This document shows, in pieces, positions 41,447 to 50,702 of a stretch of DNA of 64,000 nt. Under the pieces are notes generated by a model. It saw only the letters and a program-made list of their open reading frames with translations, searched no databases and was not told where the DNA came from. Location: positions 320,001 to 384,000 of the forward strand of contig CAVQBA010000006.1 of assembly GCA_963710605.1 (NCBI GenBank), read 5' to 3'. Position 1 is the stretch's first letter, and each line of letters begins with the position of its first letter. This DNA is from an uncultured cyanobacterium (GTDB lineage: Bacteria > Cyanobacteriota > Cyanobacteriia > Cyanobacteriales > Cyanobacteriaceae). Made by a program: the position numbers and the translations under genes.

Positions 41447-42280
41447 TCACGGTAGCCACGGGTAGTCACCAAAATTGGGTTCTCGTTTTTCTAAAAATGC
41501 TTGTTTTCCTTCTGCTCCTTCTTCGGTGAGATAATATAATAAAGTCGCATTTCCTGCTAACTCTTGTAATCCTGCTTGTCCGTCACAATCTGCATTAAAC
41601 GCCGATTTTAAACAACGTATAGCGATCGGGCTTTTAGCTAATATTTCTCTTGCCCATTGAATACCTTCTGCTTCTAATTGTTCTAAAGGTACAACAGTAT
41701 TAACCAAACCCATGTTTAGAGCTTGTTCGGCATTATATTGACGACATAAAAACCAAATTTCACGAGCTTTCTTTTGTCCCACAATACGAGCGAGATAACT
41801 TGCCCCAAAACCACCATCAAAACTACCTACTTTAGGTCCTGTTTGCCCAAAAATAGCATTATCTGCGGCGATCGTCAAATCACAAATTAAATGTAAAACA
41901 TGACCACCACCAATAGCGTAACCTGCCACTAAAGCAATAACAACTTTAGGAATACTACGAATTAGTTTTTGTAAATCAAGTACATTAAGACGAGGCACAC
42001 CGTCATTACCTACATAACCTCCTTTACCCCTCACACTTTGGTCTCCACCTGCACAGAATGCGTATTTTCCATCTTCAGCAGGCCCTGCACCAGTGAGCAA
42101 AATAACACCTATTTTTTGGTCTTCTCTGGCATTACAAAAAGCATCATATAACTCAGAGACGGTTTGAGGACGAAAAGCATTACGCTTATGAGGGCGATTG
42201 ATTACAATCTTGGCAATACCATTGTCTTTGAAATATAAAATATCTTCGTATTCACCCGCACTTTGCCAATTGATACTCAT
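41447..42280 (-). CDS. menB: 1,4-dihydroxy-2-naphthoyl-CoA synthase
   Basis: INRP..RNAFRP, FCAGGDQ, GYAIGGG and [10 protein letters not shown] motifs. Confidence 0.97.
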   Translation of the reverse strand: MSINWQSAGEYEDILYFKDNGIAKIVINRPHKRNAFRPQTVSELYDAFCNAREDQKIGVILLTGAGPAEDGKYAFCAGGDQSVRGKGGYVGNDGVPRLNVLDLQKLIRSIPKVVIALVAGYAIGGGHVLHLICDLTIAADNAIFGQTGPKVGSFDGGFGASYLARIVGQKKAREIWFLCRQYNAEQALNMGLVNTVVPLEQLEAEGIQWAREILAKSPIAIRCLKSAFNADCDGQAGLQELAGNATLLYYLTEEGAEGKQAFLEKREPNFGDYPWLP

Positions 42281-42566
42281 TAATAAATATTTTTTTTATA
42301 ATATAGTTTAATAGTTGCTGTTTAGATAACCACTGCTGTGTCAGCTTGGGAATTGGAATCGAGTAAAAAGAAAAAAGTATTAATTGTTATCTTTTGACTG
42401 TTCACTCTTATCAGTTCTATGTTATCTGTTCTATGTTATTGTCAATTGTCAGTTGTCAATTGTCAATTATTAATTGTATGAATAATCACCAAAAAAGATT
42501 GACAAAATAGCTATATTAGTATCAAGGATATTTTTTTTAGTAAATAAGGAATTTAGTAAGTAACGA

Positions 42567-43343
42567 ATGAACGAATCTCTTCAACGTCTCCTCGGTAAAG
42601 TTTATCTTGTCGGTGCAGGTCCGGGTGATCCAGGATTATTGACCATCAAAGCAAAGGGAATTTTAGAGTTAGCTGATGTGGTTGTTTATGATGCTTTAGT
42701 TAGTCCAGAAATTTTAACAATGATTAACTCACAGGCTGAGAAAATAAACGCAGGTAAACGCCGTGGTCGTCATTCTTTGATGCAATCAGAAACGACTCAA
42801 TTGTTGATTGATAAAGCTCAAGATAATGCGATCGTGGTTCGTCTCAAAGGAGGAGATCCTTTTGTTTTCGGTCGAGGTGGCGAAGAGATGCTTGAGATTC
42901 AAAATGCGGGGATTAATGTGGAAGTCGTACCCGGGATAACATCGGGGATTGCCGCCCCAGCCTACGCTAATATACCCGTCACTCATCGAGCTTTTAGTTC
43001 CTCGGTTACTTTCGTTACAGGTCATGAATCGGCAGGTAAATATCGTCCTGATATTAATTGGAGTGCGATCGCACAAGGTTCAGAAACGATCGTCATTTAT
43101 ATGGGTATTCATAATCTTGAGAATATTATTCCTCGGCTTTTAGAAGCCCAGCTTAGCGAAGACACACCAATTGCTTTAGTTAGATGGGGTACGACTCCTA
43201 AACAAGAAGAATTATTTGGTACTTTAGCAACTATTCTGACTCAAATAACCGAAACCGAATTTGAAGCTCCAGCTATTGCTATTATTGGTAAAGTAGTTAA
43301 TTTTCCTCAATTGTTAACAGAGAAATCAATCGTTAATGTTTAA
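42567..43343 (+). CDS. cobA: Uroporphyrinogen-III C-methyltransferase
   Basis: VYLVGAGPGDPGLLT, RLKGGDPFVFGRGGEE and VPGITS motifs. Confidence 0.95.
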   Translation: MNESLQRLLGKVYLVGAGPGDPGLLTIKAKGILELADVVVYDALVSPEILTMINSQAEKINAGKRRGRHSLMQSETTQLLIDKAQDNAIVVRLKGGDPFVFGRGGEEMLEIQNAGINVEVVPGITSGIAAPAYANIPVTHRAFSSSVTFVTGHESAGKYRPDINWSAIAQGSETIVIYMGIHNLENIIPRLLEAQLSEDTPIALVRWGTTPKQEELFGTLATILTQITETEFEAPAIAIIGKVVNFPQLLTEKSIVNV

Positions 43344-43845
43344 TCAACCACAAAAAAAAAATAGAATAGAGCCTAAAGCAGGACAAGAATCAGTTTGGGA
43401 TTATCCTCGTCCACCACGACTAGAGGAATTTTCAGGTAGAATCGAAGTTTTTTATCAAGATCTTAAAATAGTTGATACCACGAGTAGTTATCGGGTATTA
43501 GAAACAAGTCATCCTCCCGTTTATTATTTGCCACCAGAAGATATTCAAATGCAATATTTAGTACCTGAAGAAGGCTCTTCTTTTTGTGAGTGGAAAGGTG
43601 TGGCAAAATATTATAATCTAGTAGCTAAAGATAATTTGGTATCTAAGATAGGTTGGTATTATCCTGAACCTACTGCTGAATTTATGCCAATTACTAATCA
43701 TATTGCTTTTTATGCTGGGTTGATGAGTGCTTGTTATATCAACGGTGAAGTAGTTACTCCTCAACCGGGTGGTTTTTATGGTGGTTGGATTACTGGTAAT
43801 ATTGTAGGACCATTCAAGGGCGAAGCTGGTACATGGGGATGGTAG
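43336..43845 (+). CDS. DUF427 domain protein
   Basis: ESVWDYPRPP, RVLETSHPP.YY, CEWKG and FYGGWIT motifs. Confidence 0.9.
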   Translation: MFNQPQKKNRIEPKAGQESVWDYPRPPRLEEFSGRIEVFYQDLKIVDTTSSYRVLETSHPPVYYLPPEDIQMQYLVPEEGSSFCEWKGVAKYYNLVAKDNLVSKIGWYYPEPTAEFMPITNHIAFYAGLMSACYINGEVVTPQPGGFYGGWITGNIVGPFKGEAGTWGW

Positions 43846-44010
43846 TTTGATGAATCGAGAATGGAGAATGGAGAATTGAGAATTAAAGATTGAATAAATC
43901 GCCTTGCAATGAATTGCGAAGGCTAATAGATGACGTTTATTAAAATAAACTAACTATTTGAAATTGAATTGAATTTAAGTCCCTCTACAAAATTGTTTGT
44001 GTATTTACTT

Positions 44011-44033
44011 GTAGGGGTGCAAGGTTTGCACCC
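44011..44033 (+). repeat. Empty (un-nested) GTAG-REP GTAGGGGTGCAAGGTTTGCACCC
   Basis: Minimal form of the elements at 7350, 47892 and 58075. Confidence 0.8.
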
Positions 44034-44109
44034 TTGATTCTTAAATAAATTTTTGAAGTTTTGGAGAGTATTTATGTTTTAAAATAACGATCGCTTTAGA
44101 GTCTCTATT

Positions 44110-44826
44110 TTACGGTATGCCCCAAATTCTGATAGTCTTATCTACACTATAACTGGCAATAAATTCTCGGTTGCTACTCATAGCTAAATAACCAATTGGT
44201 GCTATATGCCCTTTCAATGTAACCAATTCTAGTTCTCGATCTAAATCGTAAACTACAATATCATGACGATCGTTACAATAAATAAAAATTCTGCCATCAG
44301 CAGTTAGTAATGTCGGCGAAACATAAGGAAAAAATTTAATAATGGTATCAGTTTGTAATTCCCAAACACAGACTTTATCTTCTCTAATACCACTAGCGAT
44401 AATTTTTCCGTGAGAGTTAGCTAAAGTATGTACTGCTAACAGAGGAAGATTATCAGTTTCTTGTATTAACTTTCCTGTTTCTATTTTCCAAAGTTGAAGC
44501 AGACAATAGTGATTTCTGATGCTATCTTTTTGATAACGAACAAGTAAAAATTTTGCTTCAGGAGAGAATGTAAAAGGTGATATACAATTACAATTAATTA
44601 AGGAATCTTGCTCATTTAAAGAATTGTTCCGTTTTCGGTTTGAAGTTAACCTCATATTGTCAAAATGATATTCTAAACAACAAATATTTTTTTTATAGTT
44701 CCAAATTTCAAATACTTCCTTTTGTCTATAATCAGTACTTCCAAAAGCAACTAAAGATTTATTTCGATCGTATACTTTAAAACAACGAAATAGAGGATCG
44801 GCAACACATTCTATGTCACAATAATT
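44110..44826 (-). CDS. WD40-repeat protein, exon 2 (joins 47854-47318 after intron splicing)
   Basis: LKGH..PIG...S.N...IASYSVDKTIRIW WD40 repeat; 717 nt, in frame after the intron 3' end. Confidence 0.8.
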   Translation of the reverse strand, partial: NYCDIECVADPLFRCFKVYDRNKSLVAFGSTDYRQKEVFEIWNYKKNICCLEYHFDNMRLTSNRKRNNSLNEQDSLINCNCISPFTFSPEAKFLLVRYQKDSIRNHYCLLQLWKIETGKLIQETDNLPLLAVHTLANSHGKIIASGIREDKVCVWELQTDTIIKFFPYVSPTLLTADGRIFIYCNDRHDIVVYDLDRELELVTLKGHIAPIGYLAMSSNREFIASYSVDKTIRIWGIP

Positions 44827-47317
44827 ATTAGGGGTCGAAAAGGATGTCACCACCCTTAACTCCCATTCAAAACTGCACATGAAAGTTTCCTTTCATACAG
44901 CTCCTAGTTTATCTAATTCTTGTCATGAATACGGTTGCTAAGACTACCGTCTAGGGCAGTCTTATAGTCGTGACAGTGCCTATGTAACAATTGGAAGTTC
45001 TTATATATGTCCTTACCGCCTTGGCTTTTGGGGACGATGTGGTCAACTTCCATTTGATTTTCTATAGAAAAGTATTGACCACAATATGAACATTTACCTT
45101 TTTGTGTTTTTAGCAACTTTGCTACTCGTGTCGGAATTTCTAATGACTTTCCTTTTCTTGTACTCCAATATACCCATTCACCGTCATAAGGTGATTTGTC
45201 TGGTTTAATAAGTGTGTGGCGTTTAATGGCGGTTTCAGCATGATAGTTGAGTGTAAACCCTTCTTTAGTCTGAAACGTCCAAGCCCCATATTTTCCATGG
45301 CTGAAGTAGTTACTTAGCTTTTTATAATTCGCTTTACCAGTTCTCGAAACTGTCCATGCCCGAAGTTGTAACCATAGTAAATAATCCTCTGATGAGAAGG
45401 TTTCCTTTGATGCTACTCCACTGTAATAATTGCACCATCCACGTATAATTGGGTTCAGGTGTTTTATTACGGATTCTTGTGGAGCAGTTTTATGGGTTTT
45501 AATTACCTGTTTAATTGCTTCATGGTGGGCTTTAATAGCTTTCTTCGACGGTTTTATTAAGGTTTTGAACCCAAGTAATCTTGAATTTTTTCCACCTGTT
45601 TTTCCTGAATGGTGTTTCCCCGAAGGATATGACCTTATGTTAAACCCCAGAAAATCAAAACCTGCATTATCTCCTTCGAGTGTATGACAAATTCTAGTCT
45701 TTTCAGGTTTAAGTTCAAGTCCAACTGGTTTTAGCCATTCTTGAATAGCTATTTTGCATTGTTGAATGACTTCTAAGTCTTTATGTAAGACTACGAAATC
45801 ATCGGCATATCTAATTATGACAGGTGTTCTTAGTGCGTTTTTCCCTTGTTTACTTGGAAATTTTGCATTGATGTCCCTTATCATTCCATCTAATGCGATG
45901 TTGGCTAACAGGGGTGATATGACACCGCCTTGTGGCGTTCCTGCGTCCATTTTTTCAAATATACCTTTATCCATTACTCCAGCGTTTAACCATTGTTTGA
46001 TTTCACGTCTTATAGATGTTGGACTATCAATTTTGGACAATAGGTGTTCATGGTTAATCTCATCGAAACACTTGGATATATCCGCATCTAGAACCCATCT
46101 GGGAGCTTTGTTGATAGTTGAATATATTCGTGTTATAGCATCATGAGCAGAACGTGCAGGTCTAAAGCCGTAACTTGTACCCTCGAACTGTGCTTCCCAG
46201 TATGGCTCTAGCACGAGCTTAACCAAGGCTTGTTTCGCTCTGTCTCGTATGGTCGGTATTCCTAACGGGCGTTTTTCGTCACGATTAGGTTTAGGTATCC
46301 ATACTCGACGTAACGGTTTAGATTTGTGGTATTGACTCATTTCCTCTACAAGTTTGAATCTTCGCTTGGGAGTTAGCGATTTTACGCCATCTACCCCTGC
46401 GGTTTTCTTACCTGCGTTATCTTGGGTTACCTTTCTTACCGCTAAGAGCTTCGCATAATATGACTTTTTAAGTATTTTCTGGAGGTCACGAGCTTTCGCT
46501 TTTTGTCCCGATTTGACCGCTTGATAAATTCTTTTTTGTAACTTAAATACTACCCTTTGGACTTTTGCCCAAGGGATTGTATTCCATTCTGCACACGTAG
46601 TCTTTATACTCGTTTCTGACATTTTAATTACTAATTAAGACTTTATTATTTAGATAAAACCGATGTACGTCTGCATATCCACTATTATTACAATAGGGCA
46701 TTGGCTTCTTACATCATCTCATCCCCAAATAGGTGTGTGCCTCAAGTTTGTGACTACTATAGCTATAGAGACTATAGAACCAGTTTGGGGTTACTTCGTT
46801 CCGTTTAATTGGGTATTTTCATCTTTAGACTCTATCTATCCCCCAAGGTACTTTTAGGTGTCTATGTGAATGAGACAGAAAAATCTTCACTTTTCCCTTT
46901 ATCCGTTTTGGACGTGGTGTATCAATTTCATTTCACCACTTCAAACTAATGAGGGTTCAGGACAATAGTTCGCACTAAGGCTAGTCATGGATGATTGGCT
47001 TGGGTTTGCTGTTGAAGATGAAATTTCTTCTTAATCCCCTTTTAACCCCGCTTCAACCTTTTGATAACTAGTCTCAGATTGGGGGTTATGCCGTAATTCT
47101 TTAAGGAATGGATTCATGTAACATCTCGTAAAAAAAATTTTTTTTTATTAATTTCTTGTCACATTTGTCTAGTTTTCCTTATTGACTCCGAATTGACCTC
47201 CTTTAGGTCACAATTAAACAGTTATAAGAGTGTTAGGTTTTTTTGGAAACCTTACAATTCTTACTAGGTGTACACTTTAGGGTTTAGCCTTATGTTTTTC
47301 ACCTAAACGACTCGCAC
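44827..47317 (-). mobile_element. Group II intron (IIB-like), 2491 nt
   Basis: 5' GTGCGAG at 47317; domain V GAGCTGTATGAAAGGAAACTTTCATGTGCAGTTT; domain VI GGGAGTTAAGGGTGGTGACATCCTTTTCGACCCCTAAT ending at 44827; encodes an RT. Confidence 0.92.
44913..46622 (-). CDS. ltrA: Group II intron reverse transcriptase/maturase with HNH endonuclease
   Basis: TAGVDG, RPLGIPTIRDR, PQGGVISPLLANI, YADD, LNPIIRGWCNYY and CxxC..DHIVP..GG...N..LLH..CH motifs. Confidence 0.96.
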   Translation of the reverse strand: MSETSIKTTCAEWNTIPWAKVQRVVFKLQKRIYQAVKSGQKAKARDLQKILKKSYYAKLLAVRKVTQDNAGKKTAGVDGVKSLTPKRRFKLVEEMSQYHKSKPLRRVWIPKPNRDEKRPLGIPTIRDRAKQALVKLVLEPYWEAQFEGTSYGFRPARSAHDAITRIYSTINKAPRWVLDADISKCFDEINHEHLLSKIDSPTSIRREIKQWLNAGVMDKGIFEKMDAGTPQGGVISPLLANIALDGMIRDINAKFPSKQGKNALRTPVIIRYADDFVVLHKDLEVIQQCKIAIQEWLKPVGLELKPEKTRICHTLEGDNAGFDFLGFNIRSYPSGKHHSGKTGGKNSRLLGFKTLIKPSKKAIKAHHEAIKQVIKTHKTAPQESVIKHLNPIIRGWCNYYSGVASKETFSSEDYLLWLQLRAWTVSRTGKANYKKLSNYFSHGKYGAWTFQTKEGFTLNYHAETAIKRHTLIKPDKSPYDGEWVYWSTRKGKSLEIPTRVAKLLKTQKGKCSYCGQYFSIENQMEVDHIVPKSQGGKDIYKNFQLLHRHCHDYKTALDGSLSNRIHDKN

Positions 47318-47854
47318 TTCGATGTATTTGTTGGTTTCCATGTCTAATGCCAAAAAAATATGTTGAAAACTAGAGATGGCAATTTTACCTTGTTTTCCTA
47401 AGCCAAATTCGTGATTGACAATATTAATGTTCTTAATTTTTTGTCCTGTTGACAGTTTTCTCAAATTAACAAGCGACTGTTTATAGGCATAATCCCACCA
47501 ACAGACTAAACTATTGTTATAATCAGCGATCGCAAAATAATCAGGAACGGTATTATTAAAGTTATGCTCATCAAACTCAAAATCATCAATAACATGAAGA
47601 CACTGCATTCGTAAGAAAGGAAGATGATTGTAGATTACTTGTCTTGTAATTTCATTATCTATCTCGTCTAATAATGTATAAGCTGATTCTCTGACTTCTC
47701 TTTCTGTATCATTTAACATTGAAGCGATCAATTTTATGCCTTCTTCTCCAAATTCAGTAGCATCTAAAAGAGCATCTATTTTTTCTGTAATTAAATTACC
47801 TTGTAAACGCTTTTTGATATTATTAATTACTTGTTTATTTTCATCAGAAGTCAT
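47318..47854 (-). CDS. WD40-repeat protein, exon 1 (HEAT-like N-terminus)
   Basis: 179 codons ending ...NKYIE immediately before the intron GTGCG. Confidence 0.8.
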
Positions 47855-47891
47855 GTTTGATTTGGCTTAATGGATAATTTGCCTTGTTAGT

Positions 47892-47985
47892 GGGTGCAAA
47901 CCGTCTTGGTGGACGTTCGGTGTCTTGGTCAGCCTTCCCTTGCGTCTTACGCTCCTGAGCGGGCTTCCACCGCTTGCACCCCTAC
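47892..47985 (-). repeat. GTAG-REP with nested hairpin modules
   Basis: Reverse complement: GTAGGGGTGCAAG CGGTGGAAG CCCGC...CGCAAGGGAA GGCTGACCAAGACACCGAAC GTCCACCAAGACG GTTTGCACCC. Confidence 0.85.
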
Positions 47986-48097
47986 GATGTATTTATTCTA
48001 ATCTGTGTAAATGTTAATTTTCTTGAAAAATTATTTTTATAATGGTAATGTAAATTATTGAGCGAAAAGACGATCGACACTCTACCGACGTTTTAGT

Positions 48098-48168
48098 GAT
48101 AGGTTATCTCTAAGTCATTAATCAATTTGTTGTAGTTAATAATGGATTAAAGCTATCACCCATCCTAC
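48098..48168. repeat. REP-like element related to 3727-3797
   Basis: GATAGGTTA...CACCCATCCTAC, same 71-nt length. Confidence 0.55.
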
Positions 48169-48197
48169 AAGATGACGATCGTTAACTGTTCTCTGTA

Positions 48198-48443
48198 TCA
48201 AGGAAAAAAGCGATATATTTCTTTTCTGTGTAATACCCTAGAAAAGATAATTTTATCTTCTTGGTAGAAAAAACCAATCCGATAATCTCCAACTCTCAAA
48301 CGATAAGCGTTTTTATCTCCTTTTATTTTTTTAATCTTCTTAATTTCTGTAAATCGATCGTAATTAGGAATTTTGACTGTGAACGGAAGTATTTTTCAGT
48401 TTTTTAAGTCCTTAATAAAGGTCGGTAAATATTCAGTTTTCAT
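48198..48443 (-). pseudogene. RelE/ParE toxin pseudogene
   Basis: MKTEYLPTFIKDLKN* followed in the same frame by ...KKIKGDKNAYRLRVGDYRIGFF...SRVLHRKEIYRFFP*; premature TGA right after an A6 run. Confidence 0.8.
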
Positions 48444-48643
48444 TCTTGTTCTAATTCTTCTAAAGCTGATTCTAAACTTAAAGGAGTTTCATTTTGAGTT
48501 ACTAACATTGCTTGATATAATCCTTCATCTTCTAAAATTTCTAAAAGATTTTTATAGTCGTGATAGTTTAAAATTACTTGGCGAATATTACCTTCAGTAT
48601 CAGTAATTAGTTCTTGAGCAAATGGATAATTTTTAAAAGTCAT
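48440..48643 (-). CDS. Antitoxin of the RelE pseudogene
   Basis: ATGA overlap with the toxin; LITD..G....VIL...DY..LLE.LEDEGL..AM. Confidence 0.8.
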   Translation of the reverse strand: MTFKNYPFAQELITDTEGNIRQVILNYHDYKNLLEILEDEGLYQAMLVTQNETPLSLESALEELEQE

Positions 48644-48690
48644 AAATTAACTTCTTTGTAGTTAAGTTTTTTACTGTTTACTATTATAAA

Positions 48691-48814
48691 TATAGCGTTT
48701 AGGAACTTATAAGTACGTTAATTGTCTAGTTTTTAGCGCTGAGCTTTAAGCTTGCTTGCCATTCGTGCAATTCGTGCTAAATAATATGTATTTATAAATT
48801 CATGAACAGCTATA
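48691..48814. mobile_element. MITE-like element with TATAGC terminal inverted repeats
   Basis: TATAGCGTTTAGGAACTTATAAGTAC versus reverse complement of the right end TATAGCTGTTCATGAATTTATAAATAC. Confidence 0.55.
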
Positions 48815-49204
48815 GCTATATAAGCGTAAATATATTTTCTAAAAAGGCTATATTTGTTATTTGTTTACTATTAAAAGCAATTAATTGTTTTTCACAATAT
48901 CTTTATAAATAACGATCGTTCCAAAGTCTTTCTGGTGGCTTATTTAACTGCCAATCAACATAATTTTGTGGTATTTCTCGTAAGTCGATAATATGTTCTG
49001 CTTTAAAAGGTATTTGAGCACCAAAGACTAAATACACATCCTCTGATGGCTCTATACTGATAGGTTGGTTATCTAATATCCCAATATATACATCGCCTAT
49101 TTTTTCATAAACGATCGTCCACATACGCTCTACTTGATAAGAAATATTACCATCTTCGTCTTCACCTTCAATTTCAAAAATAAGTTTTGCACCATCACCA
49201 CGTT

Positions 49205-50702
49205 GTGACATCCTCCCAACACCGAATCAAAGATTACGGTGTGGGCTTCCACTGTCGCCAATGGAATCTTGCTCTCCTAGCCTGAACGATGCCAGGTTAC
49301 GCCACTTATCTACAACAAAGTTGCCCGACAGTACGACTTGAGAGCCAATTTCTTGCTTTTCGGGAGTCCCCCGATACGTGAGTACCTGTCGCCCGAAGTA
49401 AATTCGGGCGTTTATAAGGTACGTTTCTTGTCCTCTGTTACAGATTTCTTGACCAGAGGCAATATCTCTATCGACAACATAACCACACTCTTTGCAGTCA
49501 CTTACTCGAACGCTTAAATCTTTCTTGACTACAGCACGACAATTGGGGCAAGTTTGAGATGTTCCTCTGTGGTCTATTCTGCCTACAAACACATCTCTTT
49601 TTTTAGCTACATACTCTAAAATATCTCTTAGCTTGCCAAAGCTAGCATCAATTGTATGCTTGCCCAACATTCCTTTAGCCATGATCCGAAAGTCACAATC
49701 CTCAACATAGATTGTATCTGCCATGTCACAGAGTTTATGAGCAAGTTTGAACTGGTAGTCAGTACGCTTGAACGCTATGTGGTTATGTTGCTTGGCTACA
49801 CGGGTTCGAGCTTTCTCATAGTTAGCACCTCGTTTCATCTTTCTTGACAGACGCTTTTGTAGCACTTTCAGCCGACTGTGGGCTGTCTTGAAAAATAATG
49901 GTCTTTTTTCTGTGAAGCGGTCAGATGTTGCCACGTATGACAACAAACCGACATCAACACCGATTGCATGACCATGAGGAACTGGACTAGGAATAACAAG
50001 ATCCGTAGAAATCGCTACCACTGCAAACCAACCCACTGCTTTTTTAACTACCCGTACTTGCTTGATTACAAATCCTTCTGGGATTGGTCGGTGCAGGTTT
50101 ATTTGTACCTTACCTATCTTGGGGATGCGTAGCTGCCAATCAGTCAGAGGGTCACTTTTGAACTGAGGAAACAGCATTGATTTTATCTGTCCAAACTTCT
50201 TGAACCGAGGGAAACCAAAACCTCTTTTTCTAAATGAATCCCAACTATCGTGCAACCTTTTTACGTTAGTTTGCAGTACTTGGGACTGAACAGCTTTGAG
50301 TCGTGGGAACTTCTTCTTAGCTTTGGGCAGATTGTTTTGCTGTTGGTGATAGCTAGGAAACGGATAATCCGCAGCCATTATATATTCTGATTTCAAACTG
50401 CACCGATCGATCTGACATTTGCGTGAAGCTATCCAGTCTTTCAGTTCTCGCAGCGCATAGTTATAGCTGACACGACAAGTCTCTAACCACTCATTGAGTA
50501 GCTCAATTTGTTGCGCGTCTGGGTATATGCGGTAGCGATAGTTTAGAATCATTCATACATTCTACTATAAAATACGAAGAGTGATAGATTGTATATCGGC
50601 AAGGCATCGAGCCTTTTGAGATACTTGAGGGGTGCGTGTATCCCAACGCTCAATCAAAGATTAGAGCGCGGGACTTACAGCCCCTCAAACTCCCCAGAAA
50701 GG
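49205..50702 (-). mobile_element. Non-autonomous IS200/IS605-family (IS1341-type) element, tnpB only, 1498 bp
   Basis: Related subterminal hairpins sharing AATCTTTGATT (50641-50673 and 49215-49245); right end GGAGGATGTCAC; inserted 3' of TTTAA with no target duplication. Confidence 0.88.
49227..50552 (-). CDS. tnpB: RNA-guided endonuclease TnpB
   Basis: YRYRIYP N-terminus, GFPRFKK, RuvC GVDVG / YVED / DRD, zinc finger TSQTCPNC...CKECG. Confidence 0.95.
   Translation of the reverse strand: MILNYRYRIYPDAQQIELLNEWLETCRVSYNYALRELKDWIASRKCQIDRCSLKSEYIMAADYPFPSYHQQQNNLPKAKKKFPRLKAVQSQVLQTNVKRLHDSWDSFRKRGFGFPRFKKFGQIKSMLFPQFKSDPLTDWQLRIPKIGKVQINLHRPIPEGFVIKQVRVVKKAVGWFAVVAISTDLVIPSPVPHGHAIGVDVGLLSYVATSDRFTEKRPLFFKTAHSRLKVLQKRLSRKMKRGANYEKARTRVAKQHNHIAFKRTDYQFKLAHKLCDMADTIYVEDCDFRIMAKGMLGKHTIDASFGKLRDILEYVAKKRDVFVGRIDHRGTSQTCPNCRAVVKKDLSVRVSDCKECGYVVDRDIASGQEICNRGQETYLINARIYFGRQVLTYRGTPEKQEIGSQVVLSGNFVVDKWRNLASFRLGEQDSIGDSGSPHRNL

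Noticed and set aside
44827..44880. Start of track ORF 44110-44880 (MCSFEWELRVVTSFSTPN)
   Set aside because: This is intron domain V/VI sequence; the true exon begins at 44826
44913..46622. RT as a retron, DGR or defence-associated RT
   Set aside because: It has maturase and HNH domains and is enclosed by canonical group II intron termini; no TR/VR pair or msr-msd seen
48396..48398. TGA in the relE-like gene as a selenocysteine or readthrough codon
   Set aside because: Better explained by a homopolymer frameshift plus a second lesion; no SECIS-like hairpin evident
49205..50702. tnpB element as an IStron (self-splicing group I intron-IS hybrid)
   Set aside because: Only about 150 nt separate the left end from the tnpB start, too short for a group I ribozyme core
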